Shown here in pieces: positions 35,288 to 45,020 of a stretch of 64,000 nt of DNA. Location of the stretch: contig CBDASK010000003.1 of NCBI GenBank assembly GCA_965199495.1, positions 1,248,001-1,312,000 of the forward strand, read 5' to 3'. The position numbers and the translations under genes were made by a program. The DNA is from Abditibacterium sp. GTDB lineage: Bacteria; Armatimonadota; Abditibacteriia; Abditibacteriales; Abditibacteriaceae. Within the stretch, counting starts at the first letter, position 1. The number at the start of each line of letters is the position of its first letter. The notes beneath the pieces were generated by a model. That model worked only from the letters and a program-made list of their open reading frames with translations. It had not been told where the DNA came from and ran no database searches.

Positions 35288-35326
35288 TTTCTGGAAATTT
35301 GGAGTTGTGAGTTTCGAGTCGGCAAT

Positions 35327-35501
35327 CCCAGCGTTGTCATTCTGAGCGCGGGCGCCCTTTGGGCAGCAGGGACGAGCGAAGTCGAAGAATCCACTACTCA
35401 CGATGAGTCGAAAGCGAGGCTATCACGCAACTTTTGGATTCTTCGACTTCGCTCGTCCCTGCGGCCCAAAGGGCGCCCGCGCTCAGAATGACAACGCTGG
35501 G
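35327..35501. repeat. Long palindromic element (GTCATTCTGAGCG...GAAGAATCC family, ~65-bp arms)
   Basis: CCCAGCGTTGTCATTCTGAGCGCGGGCG...GTCGAAGAATCCA and its near-perfect inverse. Confidence 0.9.
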
Positions 35502-35512
35502 GCTATCAAATT

Positions 35513-36523
35513 TTAACTCCATTTCAAAACCGCGCTTGCCCACGTCAAACCGGCGCCGAAACCGGTTAAAAGCAGCGTGTCGCCCGCTTGGATGCGGCCC
35601 TGCGCGTTGGCTTCGCTGAGCGCGATGGGAATGGTCGCCGCCGAGGTATTACCGTAATTTTGCAAATTAACGAATACTTTTTCCATCGGCATTTTCAATC
35701 GTTTGGCGGCGCTCTGAATAATACGAATGTTGGCCTGATGCGGAATCATTAAGTCCACGTCATCGCCGGTTATTCCGCACGAATCGAGAGCGCGCACCGC
35801 GCTTTCGCCCATGACGTGAACGGCGAATTTATAGACTTCGCGCCCGTTCTGATAAATTTTGCCGTCGTCGGTTTTGTCGAGAATGCCGCAACGCAATAGC
35901 GGGCCGCCCACGCCGTTGGCGCCCAGATCGTGGCCCAGCAAACCATAACCCTCTTCGACCTGCGAAACGATGGCGGCTCCGGCGCCGTCGCCGAACAAAA
36001 TGCAGGTGTTGCGATCTTCCCAATTCACGTAACGCGACATCACCTCGGCGCCGACGACTAACACGTTTTTCATCGCGCCCGTGGCGACGAATTGCGAGGC
36101 CGTCACCAGACCGTAAACGAAGCCCGAACAGGCGGCGCCCAAATCAAAGGCGCCGCACTTCGCGCCCAGACGATTTTGCAGAGTCGCAGAAGTCGAGGGA
36201 AACAACCATTCGGGCGTGCAGGTCGCGACGATAATCAAATCAATGTCTTCTATCGCCAGATTCGCGTTTTTCAGGGCGGCGCGTGCGGCATTTTCGGCGA
36301 GGTCGGCCAAACTCTGGTCGGGCGCGACGATACGGCGCTCGCGAATGCCAGTGCGCTCGACGATCCACTCGTCGGAAGTCTCGACCATCTTTTCCAGATC
36401 GGCATTGGAAAGCACGCGGTCGGGCACATAATGGCCCAAACCGATGATGCCCGCGCTGCGAAGTTGCGGCGCGTTGGCACCGCTATTGAGGCCAAGGGGA
36501 GCGGTTGAAAGCAGGGTTTGCAT
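35513..36523 (-). CDS. fabH: 3-oxoacyl-ACP synthase III
   Basis: ETSDEWIVERTGI, AACSGF, FGDGAGA, PHQAN, GNTSAA, GFGAGLTW; ATG 36523. Confidence 0.95.
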   Translation of the reverse strand: MQTLLSTAPLGLNSGANAPQLRSAGIIGLGHYVPDRVLSNADLEKMVETSDEWIVERTGIRERRIVAPDQSLADLAENAARAALKNANLAIEDIDLIIVATCTPEWLFPSTSATLQNRLGAKCGAFDLGAACSGFVYGLVTASQFVATGAMKNVLVVGAEVMSRYVNWEDRNTCILFGDGAGAAIVSQVEEGYGLLGHDLGANGVGGPLLRCGILDKTDDGKIYQNGREVYKFAVHVMGESAVRALDSCGITGDDVDLMIPHQANIRIIQSAAKRLKMPMEKVFVNLQNYGNTSAATIPIALSEANAQGRIQAGDTLLLTGFGAGLTWASAVLKWS

Positions 36524-36748
36524 GGAAATGGAAGCGCCGGAAGTATGGCAGATACAACTGGAACTGTGCATCCATCGAAGCTGGAAATTAAGCGTTGGCG
36601 TCCCCGCTTTATCCAGCAAGGAAAAATTGGAGTCGCTTCAAAAACTAATTAAAATTTCATTTTATCTAAAAATAAAAAGCGATTAATGTTTACAAAATGA
36701 GCTTGATTGGATAAGATATAGTTTGCAACCACCAATCCAAATAATCAA

Positions 36749-37414
36749 ATGAAGATTTCACAAAAGCGGCAGCTTGACCGTTTCAAGCGCAGTCTCGACT
36801 TCATGCAAAAGCATGCGAAAGATTTCTCTCCAAACTCCGAAGCAATGAAAACCACAGATCAGCTAAAAGATGTTGTGGTGCGCGCCGAATCCAATGGCCC
36901 AGAAAGTGGCGCAACAAAATCTGGTCGTCGCGTTTATCGTTCCGATAAGTTGACGGCACTGAATGCTTTACGCACCGAGTTGGGCCGCATATCGCGCACC
37001 GCAGCACTTGTGGCATCGAAAGACGAAGGTTTTAATAACACTTTTGGGATGCCCGACAAACGGCGCAAAGATGAGTTAGCGCAAGCCGCGCGTCATTTCA
37101 TCGAAGAATTCCCCAAAGTATCCGATAAATTTGAGGGTTTTGAAATGCACGCCGACAGTTTAGACAAGTTAAAAAGTGCGCTCGAAGCCTACGAGCAGGT
37201 GCAAGCCACGCCCGCCACCAAGCCCGAACGCCAGACGCGCACGCCTGCCGCGCCCAACCCAACAATCGCGCAGGGCATCGAATTGGTGGACGCCCTCGAC
37301 GTGATGTTGGGCAACAAATATAGCGAGAAATCCGAAGTTTTCGACGCGTGGAAAGAGACTTCGGCGCTCGAAGTGACGCGTCGCCAGCGCAAAACCAAAA
37401 AAGCGGACGCGTAA
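36749..37414 (+). CDS. Hypothetical helical, Lys-rich protein
   Basis: 221-aa ORF with AT-rich upstream region and a downstream terminator. Confidence 0.7.
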   Translation: MKISQKRQLDRFKRSLDFMQKHAKDFSPNSEAMKTTDQLKDVVVRAESNGPESGATKSGRRVYRSDKLTALNALRTELGRISRTAALVASKDEGFNNTFGMPDKRRKDELAQAARHFIEEFPKVSDKFEGFEMHADSLDKLKSALEAYEQVQATPATKPERQTRTPAAPNPTIAQGIELVDALDVMLGNKYSEKSEVFDAWKETSALEVTRRQRKTKKADA

Positions 37415-37430
37415 AATTCGCGCCTCGCAA

Positions 37431-37468
37431 ACAAAAATCCCGCTCCGTGAAAAGAGCGGGATTTTTGT
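37431..37468. terminator. Intrinsic terminator
   Basis: ACAAAAATCCCGCTC-loop-GAGCGGGATTTTTGT. Confidence 0.85.
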
Positions 37469-37522
37469 TTTGTTGACAGTTGTTCGGGGGATATAGCCCT
37501 TCATAGTGGGAAAGCTCCAACG

Positions 37523-37597
37523 GCGGGGCTAACGCCTCCTTCCAATCGGCGGACTTTCCTCGCTCTTATAACGATTGGAAGGGTGCGTCAGCCCCGC
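37523..37597. repeat. Palindromic element (GCGGGGCTGACGCACCCTTCCAATCG family)
   Basis: Near copy of 63131-63210. Confidence 0.8.
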
Positions 37598-37643
37598 TAT
37601 CGAAAATGTAGCTTTCTGTTTAGGAATCGCTATAGTTTCCAAT

Positions 37644-40412
37644 CTACTTTCCGTCGCCCGCGATTTGAACGCGCACTACATTGCCTTCCAATTCCCAGAC
37701 CGCGCGCCCACTTGCATCAACGACGGCGATTGGATTCGAGGTATCAACGCTGACTTTGTCTTTGTCTTTTTTGGTCTTGGCGACCGAATAAGAGGTGACG
37801 ACGGCCCGCACGCGCGTGCCGGGCGCCCAGTTCGCGCCATTTTTTGAGGAGTAAATCGTCAGGCGAAATTTGCCGGGAATGCTGGGAATCGGTTGCCACG
37901 CGCTGTTGGTTGCATCGGGCGAGACCTGCGTGGCATTGGGCCACACGAAAACTTCGGCGCCCGCGCGCGTGTTAGAAATCACTTGTCCGCACAGTGGGCC
38001 GCCGCCCAGATTCTGTGCGCTGATCGGTTCCATACGCAAATTGGTCATTTCGCCCTGCGTGACGGCGGCGAACAATCCCATTGGGCGCGTGCGAGTTTCA
38101 AACGACGAGGCGTTTTCGATGGGCGCGGGCCGCCCGCCGGTGAGCGCGACGCCCTGCGCGTTGGGCAGTTGCGTGATGCCGCCGCTCCACAGCCAGTCGC
38201 CGGTTCCGGTCGTTTCGACGCTGGAAAGTTGCAACGGCTGGCCGGGCGCGTCGTGGTCAATGAAAGTGACATTGAGCGGGCGATTGATGACTTCGGGAAA
38301 GCGCGTGACGCCGGTGGCTGCATTGGAGCTATCGGGCGTCACGTCGAGAATTGGCCCCAGCGCGTTGCCGCTAATCGCCAGCGTCGCGCCACGCGACATC
38401 AGGTCGCCGTGAAAATCGTTGAAGCCAAAGTTGCCGGAGCGCCAGTAATTCCACAGCCGAAACGGCGCGAAAATCGCCGTGCCACGCGCTGCGCTGCTGG
38501 CCGTCATCGGAGCCGTCCACAAAGCCGCGCGTCCATTGGCGACTTTGGTTCCGATTTGCGGCCCAAAGCCGATAATAGTCGCCGACGGACTGACGAGGGA
38601 AAAGCCGGTCGGCCCGGCGAACGCCGCCTCTCCCAGCCCATCGCCGCCGGTCAAAGTCGCGGTAGGATTTTTCTGAAGTCTATTGCCCCACTGCGGCAAA
38701 AGCGGATGCTGCTCGCCGCCTTTGAGGTTGAACGAAACCGGGCGCACATCGTAGCTGCCGGGCACGCCAAACAGCAAGCTCATGGCGGGCGGCAAAATGC
38801 CGACCTGCCCGCCGCTTTGCAGCGCGCCCAAACCCAAATCGGCGACCAAAACGCCGCCAGCCGTCACGTAATTGGTGAGCGCCGTCTGGTTTTGCAGCGA
38901 ACAATCGAGCATCTGCGGCGCCAGAATCGTGTTGTAAAGGTCGAGCGGTGTCTCGCTCAAATCTTCGGGCGCCAGATAATCCACACCGCCAAACGCCGTG
39001 CCCCAACGCAAACCCCACACCAAATTCGACGGCTCGCCATCAATCAGATTTTCGGCCCAACCATACAATCCGCGCTTGCCGCCCTGCGCGACCGGGCCGT
39101 AATTGACCGTGATTCCATCGGCCAAAGGCGCCAAAACGACGGCAGTCGTCGCGACTGGCGGCTCGCCCCACAACGCGTTATTGGGCGCACTATTCAAGTC
39201 GCGCAGTTTTTCCAAGATGGATTGGCGCAAATCCAAATTGTTCTTCAAGTCGGGCCACGAATCGAAAGCCACGCCGACCGCGCCGCGCGCGCACGCTTCC
39301 TGAAGCCAGCGTTTGGACAAATCGGGCAACGCCTCTTTGGGCACCGAACCGTTGTCGCGCACGCTAAAAATCGGCAGCGCCGCGAACTTGCCGCCGCGCC
39401 GCGCGATGTCAATCGCCTGCGGATTGTGCGTCACGATGTCGTTTTCGGCGATACCGGGCGCCACCGTCGGCAGCATCACGTCAACGCCTGCGGGCATCGA
39501 AAGCATCTGCGCGTAGTCGGGCAGTTCGCCCGAAAACAGCAGATGTTTGGAATCGTTGCCGCGCACTACGCCAATCCAACTGACCAACAATTGCCGGTAG
39601 GCTTCGAGGCGATAAGCCGCCAGCGCCAACTGCGCCGGATGAAACGCGGCGTTGGTGATCGTGGGATTCGATTGCGTGCCCAATTGCCCCAGCGCATAAG
39701 AACTATCCGCAGCCACGCCGCCTTGATTGCGCTGGGCCAAGGCGTCCACATCATTGATGGAAACGTCGCTCAAATCGCTGTAGTTGGTGCCCCACTGCGT
39801 GTTCAAAACCCGAATCGTCGCGTAATTGCGCCCGATCCAACGGCGAAACCCTTCGTCGTTCCACACCGGCAGCGAACGCGGGTCGTCGGGCAACATCCAA
39901 CCGGTCAGGTTGGGCGTATCGCGCAACTGGTTGATGGCCGCGCTCGCCCAAGTCGTCCACAAAAGATTGTAAGACTCGCTATCGCCAGCGATACGAATAC
40001 TAAATTCCGATCCCTTGGGCGCGGGCGGCAGCGAATAAATCACTTTCAATCCGGCGCGCGCCGCCGCTTCGGCAAAATCGCGTTGGGGCGCAACATCAAC
40101 CGCCGTCAGATTATTGGCGTTGGGATCCCAACCCAGACGCACCACGACCGTGTTCAAGCCGAGCGATTTATAGGCGGGCAAATCGTTGATGTCGGTGACG
40201 TTATCGGCCCAGAACAACGGCGCGCCGCGCAATTCCGCCGCCGTGACGGGAATCGGCACCGCGTTGGGAACTGGCGCCAGATCGCGCCCGGCGAGCGGCG
40301 AAACGGGCGCGTTATTGGTTTGCGCCGACGCGAGAGGGGCGCACAGGCAGAGCGCGCACAAAGACGCCACAATCGCGAGATCGTGGCGTCGAAACTGAAG
40401 TTTGGAGAACAT
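37644..40412 (-). CDS. Secreted GH42/beta-galactosidase-like protein
   Basis: Signal peptide ending ASA-Q; LGLNTVVV; FRRWI..NY.TI..LNTQWGT.Y; trimerisation-like YV..GGVLVAD; TAATG coupling to tatC. Confidence 0.6.
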   Translation of the reverse strand: MFSKLQFRRHDLAIVASLCALCLCAPLASAQTNNAPVSPLAGRDLAPVPNAVPIPVTAAELRGAPLFWADNVTDINDLPAYKSLGLNTVVVRLGWDPNANNLTAVDVAPQRDFAEAAARAGLKVIYSLPPAPKGSEFSIRIAGDSESYNLLWTTWASAAINQLRDTPNLTGWMLPDDPRSLPVWNDEGFRRWIGRNYATIRVLNTQWGTNYSDLSDVSINDVDALAQRNQGGVAADSSYALGQLGTQSNPTITNAAFHPAQLALAAYRLEAYRQLLVSWIGVVRGNDSKHLLFSGELPDYAQMLSMPAGVDVMLPTVAPGIAENDIVTHNPQAIDIARRGGKFAALPIFSVRDNGSVPKEALPDLSKRWLQEACARGAVGVAFDSWPDLKNNLDLRQSILEKLRDLNSAPNNALWGEPPVATTAVVLAPLADGITVNYGPVAQGGKRGLYGWAENLIDGEPSNLVWGLRWGTAFGGVDYLAPEDLSETPLDLYNTILAPQMLDCSLQNQTALTNYVTAGGVLVADLGLGALQSGGQVGILPPAMSLLFGVPGSYDVRPVSFNLKGGEQHPLLPQWGNRLQKNPTATLTGGDGLGEAAFAGPTGFSLVSPSATIIGFGPQIGTKVANGRAALWTAPMTASSAARGTAIFAPFRLWNYWRSGNFGFNDFHGDLMSRGATLAISGNALGPILDVTPDSSNAATGVTRFPEVINRPLNVTFIDHDAPGQPLQLSSVETTGTGDWLWSGGITQLPNAQGVALTGGRPAPIENASSFETRTRPMGLFAAVTQGEMTNLRMEPISAQNLGGGPLCGQVISNTRAGAEVFVWPNATQVSPDATNSAWQPIPSIPGKFRLTIYSSKNGANWAPGTRVRAVVTSYSVAKTKKDKDKVSVDTSNPIAVVDASGRAVWELEGNVVRVQIAGDGK

Positions 40413-41620
40413 TAAAGCCATTTGACAAGCCAAATCGATAAAAGATACAGTAGACACGGCGGCAGCGCGCACGCCGTCATGGTGAACGGATCCCACGTCG
40501 GTGTCAGAACCGCCACCACAATGAAGATAACCACGACGGCGTGTCGCCAATATTCAATGAGCAGGTTGCGCGAGATCAGCCCGATTTTGTTGCCGAAGAT
40601 AATGATAATCGGCACCTGAAACGACAGGCCAAATATCAAAAGCATCTTCGCCATGAGTATGACGCTCTCGTCATATTTCCACTGAGCGGCCACGCCGGGC
40701 GGTTGAAATTGCAGGAAAAATTGGAAAAATAAGGGCGAGCAAAAATAGCCCAGCGCCGCGCCCATGAAAAATAGAATGCTGGAAAACGGCACCAAAACCA
40801 ATGTGTAGCGCCGCTCGGAATTGGTCAGCGCCGGTTCGACGAAACGCCAGACCTGAAACAAAACCCACGGCGCCGCGATGAGCAACGCCGCCAGCAACGA
40901 CGACTGAAATTGCAAGGTAAAAAATGCCGTCGGGTCGGTCGAAATCAGTTCGCCCTTGCCGCCGTTGGCGTGCAAAACGCGCGTGATCGGCTCCGAAAAC
41001 CAGCCCTGAATCGGCAACGCATAGCGCCAGGTGAACATCATCACCGCCATCACGCCGATGATGGCATAAAGCAGACGCGAACGCAATTCGGCCAAATGCT
41101 CGAACAACCCCGCTTCTTTGTCGCGCGGCGTGTTTGAATTTCCATCGCCGCCGCTCGTCGCCAGCGAATTATTATCGTCGGGCGGCTCGCCGCCCGCGCC
41201 ATCGTCGGCGAAAAGTTGCTCGCCTTCGATGGCATCGGCGCCAACTAAATCAATGCCCGCCTGCCTTGCGTCGTCAGCGAAATTATCGGGCGCGAAATTC
41301 TCAAAACCGTTGGTTGAACTTTCGTCTGATTCGACTTTTTCAATCGAAATGCCCAACGGCGCCGCGCTCTGGACGCCGTTAGTCTCGGCGCCGAAAGTGC
41401 TGGCGAAGTCGGCGCGATAATCGGCGGGCAACTCGTCGTTTTCGAGCGCGCCATCGAAAAGCGTCGTTTCCTCGATTTCGGTCACGATGGGCGAGCCATC
41501 GAAAGCGCGCGCGCTGCGCGCGCCTTCGGGCGCGGCGATGCGCGGCACGAGCGGCGTGGCTCCATTGGTTGCGTGGGTTGGCCCGTCGGGGGCGTGTCCA
41601 TTGGACGGGTTTTCGGCCAT
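40412..41620 (-). CDS. tatC: Twin-arginine translocase subunit TatC with long acidic N-terminal extension
   Basis: EHLAELRSRL, FQVWRFVEPAL..ER, FGLSFQVP, WRHAVV, LTPTWDP. Confidence 0.92.
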   Translation of the reverse strand: MAENPSNGHAPDGPTHATNGATPLVPRIAAPEGARSARAFDGSPIVTEIEETTLFDGALENDELPADYRADFASTFGAETNGVQSAAPLGISIEKVESDESSTNGFENFAPDNFADDARQAGIDLVGADAIEGEQLFADDGAGGEPPDDNNSLATSGGDGNSNTPRDKEAGLFEHLAELRSRLLYAIIGVMAVMMFTWRYALPIQGWFSEPITRVLHANGGKGELISTDPTAFFTLQFQSSLLAALLIAAPWVLFQVWRFVEPALTNSERRYTLVLVPFSSILFFMGAALGYFCSPLFFQFFLQFQPPGVAAQWKYDESVILMAKMLLIFGLSFQVPIIIIFGNKIGLISRNLLIEYWRHAVVVIFIVVAVLTPTWDPFTMTACALPPCLLYLLSIWLVKWL

Positions 41621-41708
41621 AGTCACTTTAAATTTTACTCCATCGGTGCGCCCGTTTCGTCAATGTTTGTGAAAGGTTGCAATCAGACTTTGCACAGACA
41701 AAAGAGTT

Positions 41709-42827
41709 TCATTCCCACAATTGCAATTGCAGCGCGGGCGTCTGCCCTTTGACACGCTCGATTTGCTGAATCAACTTTTTCATCGTCGAAGGCAACGGCA
41801 ACTCCAACGCCTCGGCGATGGGAAACCAGCGTAAATCGGGATTAATCGCGGCGTTTTCCACGTCAACGTGCCAGCATTGCAGTTCGATTTGAAATCGCGT
41901 CACGCCATGTTTGAGCGTCGCAAAATGCGAGCGCGGCTTCCAACTCACACCCAACTGCTCGCCCAATCGCGCCAACGGCGCGCCGATTTCTTCGCGATTG
42001 AGGCGGCGCGCGCGCGGCAATTCCCACATTCCACGCCACCAAACGCCTTTTTCGTCGGGCAGACGCCGCAGCAAAATTTCGCCGTTTTCGTTTCGGGCGA
42101 GGGCGCACACATCGTATAAAAGTGTCGGCGCGGGTTTCGGCGTTTTCATCGGCAACTCGTTTTGCCGATTCTCCGCGCGCGCCGCACAAAACTCGGAGAC
42201 TGGACACTCGACGCATTTCGGATTTTTCGGCGTGCAAACGAGGGCGCCCAGTTCCATCAACGCCGGATTTATTTCGCGCGGCTTCACCTCATCAACCTCG
42301 ACGATTTGCGCCGCCGCGTCCCACAATTGCGATTGCGCCGCCGACTTTTTCAAGTCGCCTTCGACTGGCAAAACGCGACTCAAAACGCGCGCGACGTTGG
42401 CATCCACAATCGGCACGCGCGCACCAAAGGCAATCGAAGCGACCGCGCCCGCCGTGTATCGCCCGACGCCCGGTAGCGCCAAAATCGCCTCGAATTCGCG
42501 CGGGAATTCGCCGTTATCTTGCTCAACAATCGCGCGCGCAGCTTTTTGTAAATTGCGCGCGCGGGCATAATAGCCCAATCCGGCCCAGTGGGCCAAAACG
42601 TCGGATTCTGGGGCGCGCGCGAGTGCAGCCACGTCGGGGAAGCGCGCGATAAATCGCTCAAAAAACGGCGCGACGGCGGCGACAGTCGTCTGTTGCAGCA
42701 TCACTTCCGAAACTAAAATGCGATACGGATCGCCGATAATATCGGCGCGGCGCCACGGCAAATCGCGTTGCGCGGCGTTGAACCAATTCGATAAAGCGCG
42801 CGCGAAAGGTTGAGGAGAAAATAACAC
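41709..42827 (-). CDS. mutY: A/G-specific adenine glycosylase
   Basis: RDLPWR, VSEVMLQQT, WAGLGYYARARNL, LPGVGRYTAGA, VDANVARV, C-x6-C-x2-C-x5-C; start approximate (GTG). Confidence 0.93.
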   Translation of the reverse strand: MLFSPQPFARALSNWFNAAQRDLPWRRADIIGDPYRILVSEVMLQQTTVAAVAPFFERFIARFPDVAALARAPESDVLAHWAGLGYYARARNLQKAARAIVEQDNGEFPREFEAILALPGVGRYTAGAVASIAFGARVPIVDANVARVLSRVLPVEGDLKKSAAQSQLWDAAAQIVEVDEVKPREINPALMELGALVCTPKNPKCVECPVSEFCAARAENRQNELPMKTPKPAPTLLYDVCALARNENGEILLRRLPDEKGVWWRGMWELPRARRLNREEIGAPLARLGEQLGVSWKPRSHFATLKHGVTRFQIELQCWHVDVENAAINPDLRWFPIAEALELPLPSTMKKLIQQIERVKGQTPALQLQLWE

Positions 42828-42837
42828 GAAATGGAGC

Positions 42838-43587
42838 TTAGCGACGCGGAAATTTCGCGCCACCCCGCAGTCCCAGTTTAGCGGCGCGAAACGCCAGCCC
42901 GGTCGCCAGACAGCCGAAACCATATTTCACGCTGCGCGAAAAGTTGATGCTGGAGGCTTCGGGAAAATACTTGGTCGGGCACGAAACTTCGCCGATGCGA
43001 AAACCCTGCCACACGATTTGCGCGAGCATCTGGTTATCGAACACGAAATCGTCCGAGTTGTAGCGAAACGGCACATTTTCCAAAACGCGGCGCGAAAAGG
43101 CGCGATAGCCGGTGTGATATTCGGAAATTTTGGCGCCGAGCAACACGTTTTCGGCGAAGGTCAAACCGCGATTGGCGACGTATTTCCAACCGGGCATCCC
43201 GCCCGTCAAGGCGCCGCCGCCCAAGATGCGCGAACCCAAAACGCAATCGTATAAATCGTGGCCGATCAGCGAAATCATCGCGGGCAACAGTAACGGCGTA
43301 TATTGATAATCGGGATGCACCATCACGATAATATCGGCCCCGCTTTCCAGCGCCAGCGCGTAACAGGTTTTCTGGTTGGCGCCATAGCCGCCGTTGCGCG
43401 CGTGAACGTGCAAGCGCACGCCCGGCAAACTCGCGGCGATGCGCGCGGTCTCGTCGCGCGAGGCGTCGTCCACCAAAATAACCTCATCCACGAAATCCTG
43501 CGCCACGACTTCTTCGTAAGTCTGTTGCAACGTTGCGGCAGCATTGTAGGCGGGCATCACCACGACGACTTTTTGATTTTCAAACAT
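42838..43587 (-). CDS. Glycosyltransferase family 2 (polyprenol-phosphate sugar synthase-like)
   Basis: VVMPAYNA, LVDDASRD, GYGANQK, HPDYQY, HTGYRAF. Confidence 0.9.
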   Translation of the reverse strand: MFENQKVVVVMPAYNAAATLQQTYEEVVAQDFVDEVILVDDASRDETARIAASLPGVRLHVHARNGGYGANQKTCYALALESGADIIVMVHPDYQYTPLLLPAMISLIGHDLYDCVLGSRILGGGALTGGMPGWKYVANRGLTFAENVLLGAKISEYHTGYRAFSRRVLENVPFRYNSDDFVFDNQMLAQIVWQGFRIGEVSCPTKYFPEASSINFSRSVKYGFGCLATGLAFRAAKLGLRGGAKFPRR

Positions 43588-43596
43588 AAATAAAAA

Positions 43597-44964
43597 TTAT
43601 TTGGGGCCGTAAGTCGGATTCAAAAACGCTGTAATCCAGTAGAGCGATACGAGGTTCAGCAGCAACAAACCGCCCAGCCAAACGGCGGAGAAAATTTGAA
43701 AAGCGCGTTTTCCCGGCACGATTTGGACAAAGCCGCGCGCCAGCCACAACGCCAAACCGATGAACGCGGGCAGCAGATAGCGTCCGCCCTCCGACCAGCC
43801 CTGATGCAGCGAAAGCGCGACCTGCAAAATCGTCAGCCACACCAGCACAAACGCGCCATAACACGCCCACTTCGCCGCGCGCGCCGCGACAATTGTTTCG
43901 GCGGTGGCTGTTTCGCCGGTGGCTGTTTCGCCGGGCGCCGTTTTGGCGGTTGCACGCGCTTTGAAATGTCCGATCAGAGCGAGCGCGCAAAACGCGGCCA
44001 AGGCGCAGTAGATGAGCAATTGCGGCGTTTCGTATTCGCCAATCGCGCGCGTCTGGCGTTGCAAAAGCCAATCGCGCTGCGACCAGAGCGTGTTGAATAG
44101 GGCGACGTTGACTCTGACAAAGAGCGCGGGAAAATCGGGGTGCAGCAGCAATTCCAGCCCGTGCAAAGGCGGAGTAAACCACGGCGCGGCGGGCGGGAGC
44201 GGCGTCCATGTCCCGTAGAGTTTCAGGCTGCGCAGGTGCCACGGCGAAACCAACAGCGCGCCGCTAAACAGCGTGAGCAACGCGGCTTTCCAACTCGCGA
44301 AACTGCGGATTTCGTGGCGCGCCCACAGCACAATCAGCAGCGCGCCGCCGCCGCATAAAAGCACGGTGGCTTTGCACAAACCGCCCAATCCCAGCACGAT
44401 TCCCAAAATTAACGCGCTTTTCCAATCGCGCCGATGAGCAAAGCGCACCGTTAGCAAATAGAGAAACAGCGAGGTGAAAAAGAGCGCGGCGCCATCGTTG
44501 TTGATGATGCCCGCCGTCATGCCGAAAATCGGCAGAAACGCGACGGTTCCCACCGCCAGACGCGCGACGTTGCGCTGGCGCGTGGCGACGAGCGCGACTT
44601 CGTAGAGCAACGGCAACGCGGCCAGACAAAACAGGCTGGAAACCGCGCGCACGCCATGCCACGCCAACGCGTCGGGGAGCGCGCGCAACAACGCGTAAAA
44701 CGGCAGCAGAATCAGATAATAAAGCGGCGGATGAAACGCGTGGGCGCCCGCCGTTTCGCGATAATGAAGCGGATCGGCGTTCTCGATCACCGGCAGTTGA
44801 TGTTTATCGAGCAGCAACTTGACGTAGTTGATATGGCGCATTTCATCCGGCCCATATCCAATAAGAATCGCGGCATTGTAAGCCAGCGCCAGCGCGCAAG
44901 CAACGCCCAGAATCCACCAGAAAACGCGGTCGCGGCGCCAGTTGCCGTGCGAAGTAATCTCCAT
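43597..44964 (-). CDS. GT-C fold membrane glycosyltransferase
   Basis: GPDEMRH, HPPLYY, INND, GGRYLLP; multi-TM; adjacent to the GT2. Confidence 0.75.
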   Translation of the reverse strand: MEITSHGNWRRDRVFWWILGVACALALAYNAAILIGYGPDEMRHINYVKLLLDKHQLPVIENADPLHYRETAGAHAFHPPLYYLILLPFYALLRALPDALAWHGVRAVSSLFCLAALPLLYEVALVATRQRNVARLAVGTVAFLPIFGMTAGIINNDGAALFFTSLFLYLLTVRFAHRRDWKSALILGIVLGLGGLCKATVLLCGGGALLIVLWARHEIRSFASWKAALLTLFSGALLVSPWHLRSLKLYGTWTPLPPAAPWFTPPLHGLELLLHPDFPALFVRVNVALFNTLWSQRDWLLQRQTRAIGEYETPQLLIYCALAAFCALALIGHFKARATAKTAPGETATGETATAETIVAARAAKWACYGAFVLVWLTILQVALSLHQGWSEGGRYLLPAFIGLALWLARGFVQIVPGKRAFQIFSAVWLGGLLLLNLVSLYWITAFLNPTYGPK

Positions 44965-45020
44965 AACCCAGAATAAAAGCGGCGCGCGCCTTTACCAGCC
45001 ACGCCGCCCTCAGCCTGAGT

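Noticed and set aside
37893..40415. 840-aa plus-strand ORF
   Set aside because: Antisense shadow of the GH42-like gene, with no motifs; typical of GC-rich codon bias.
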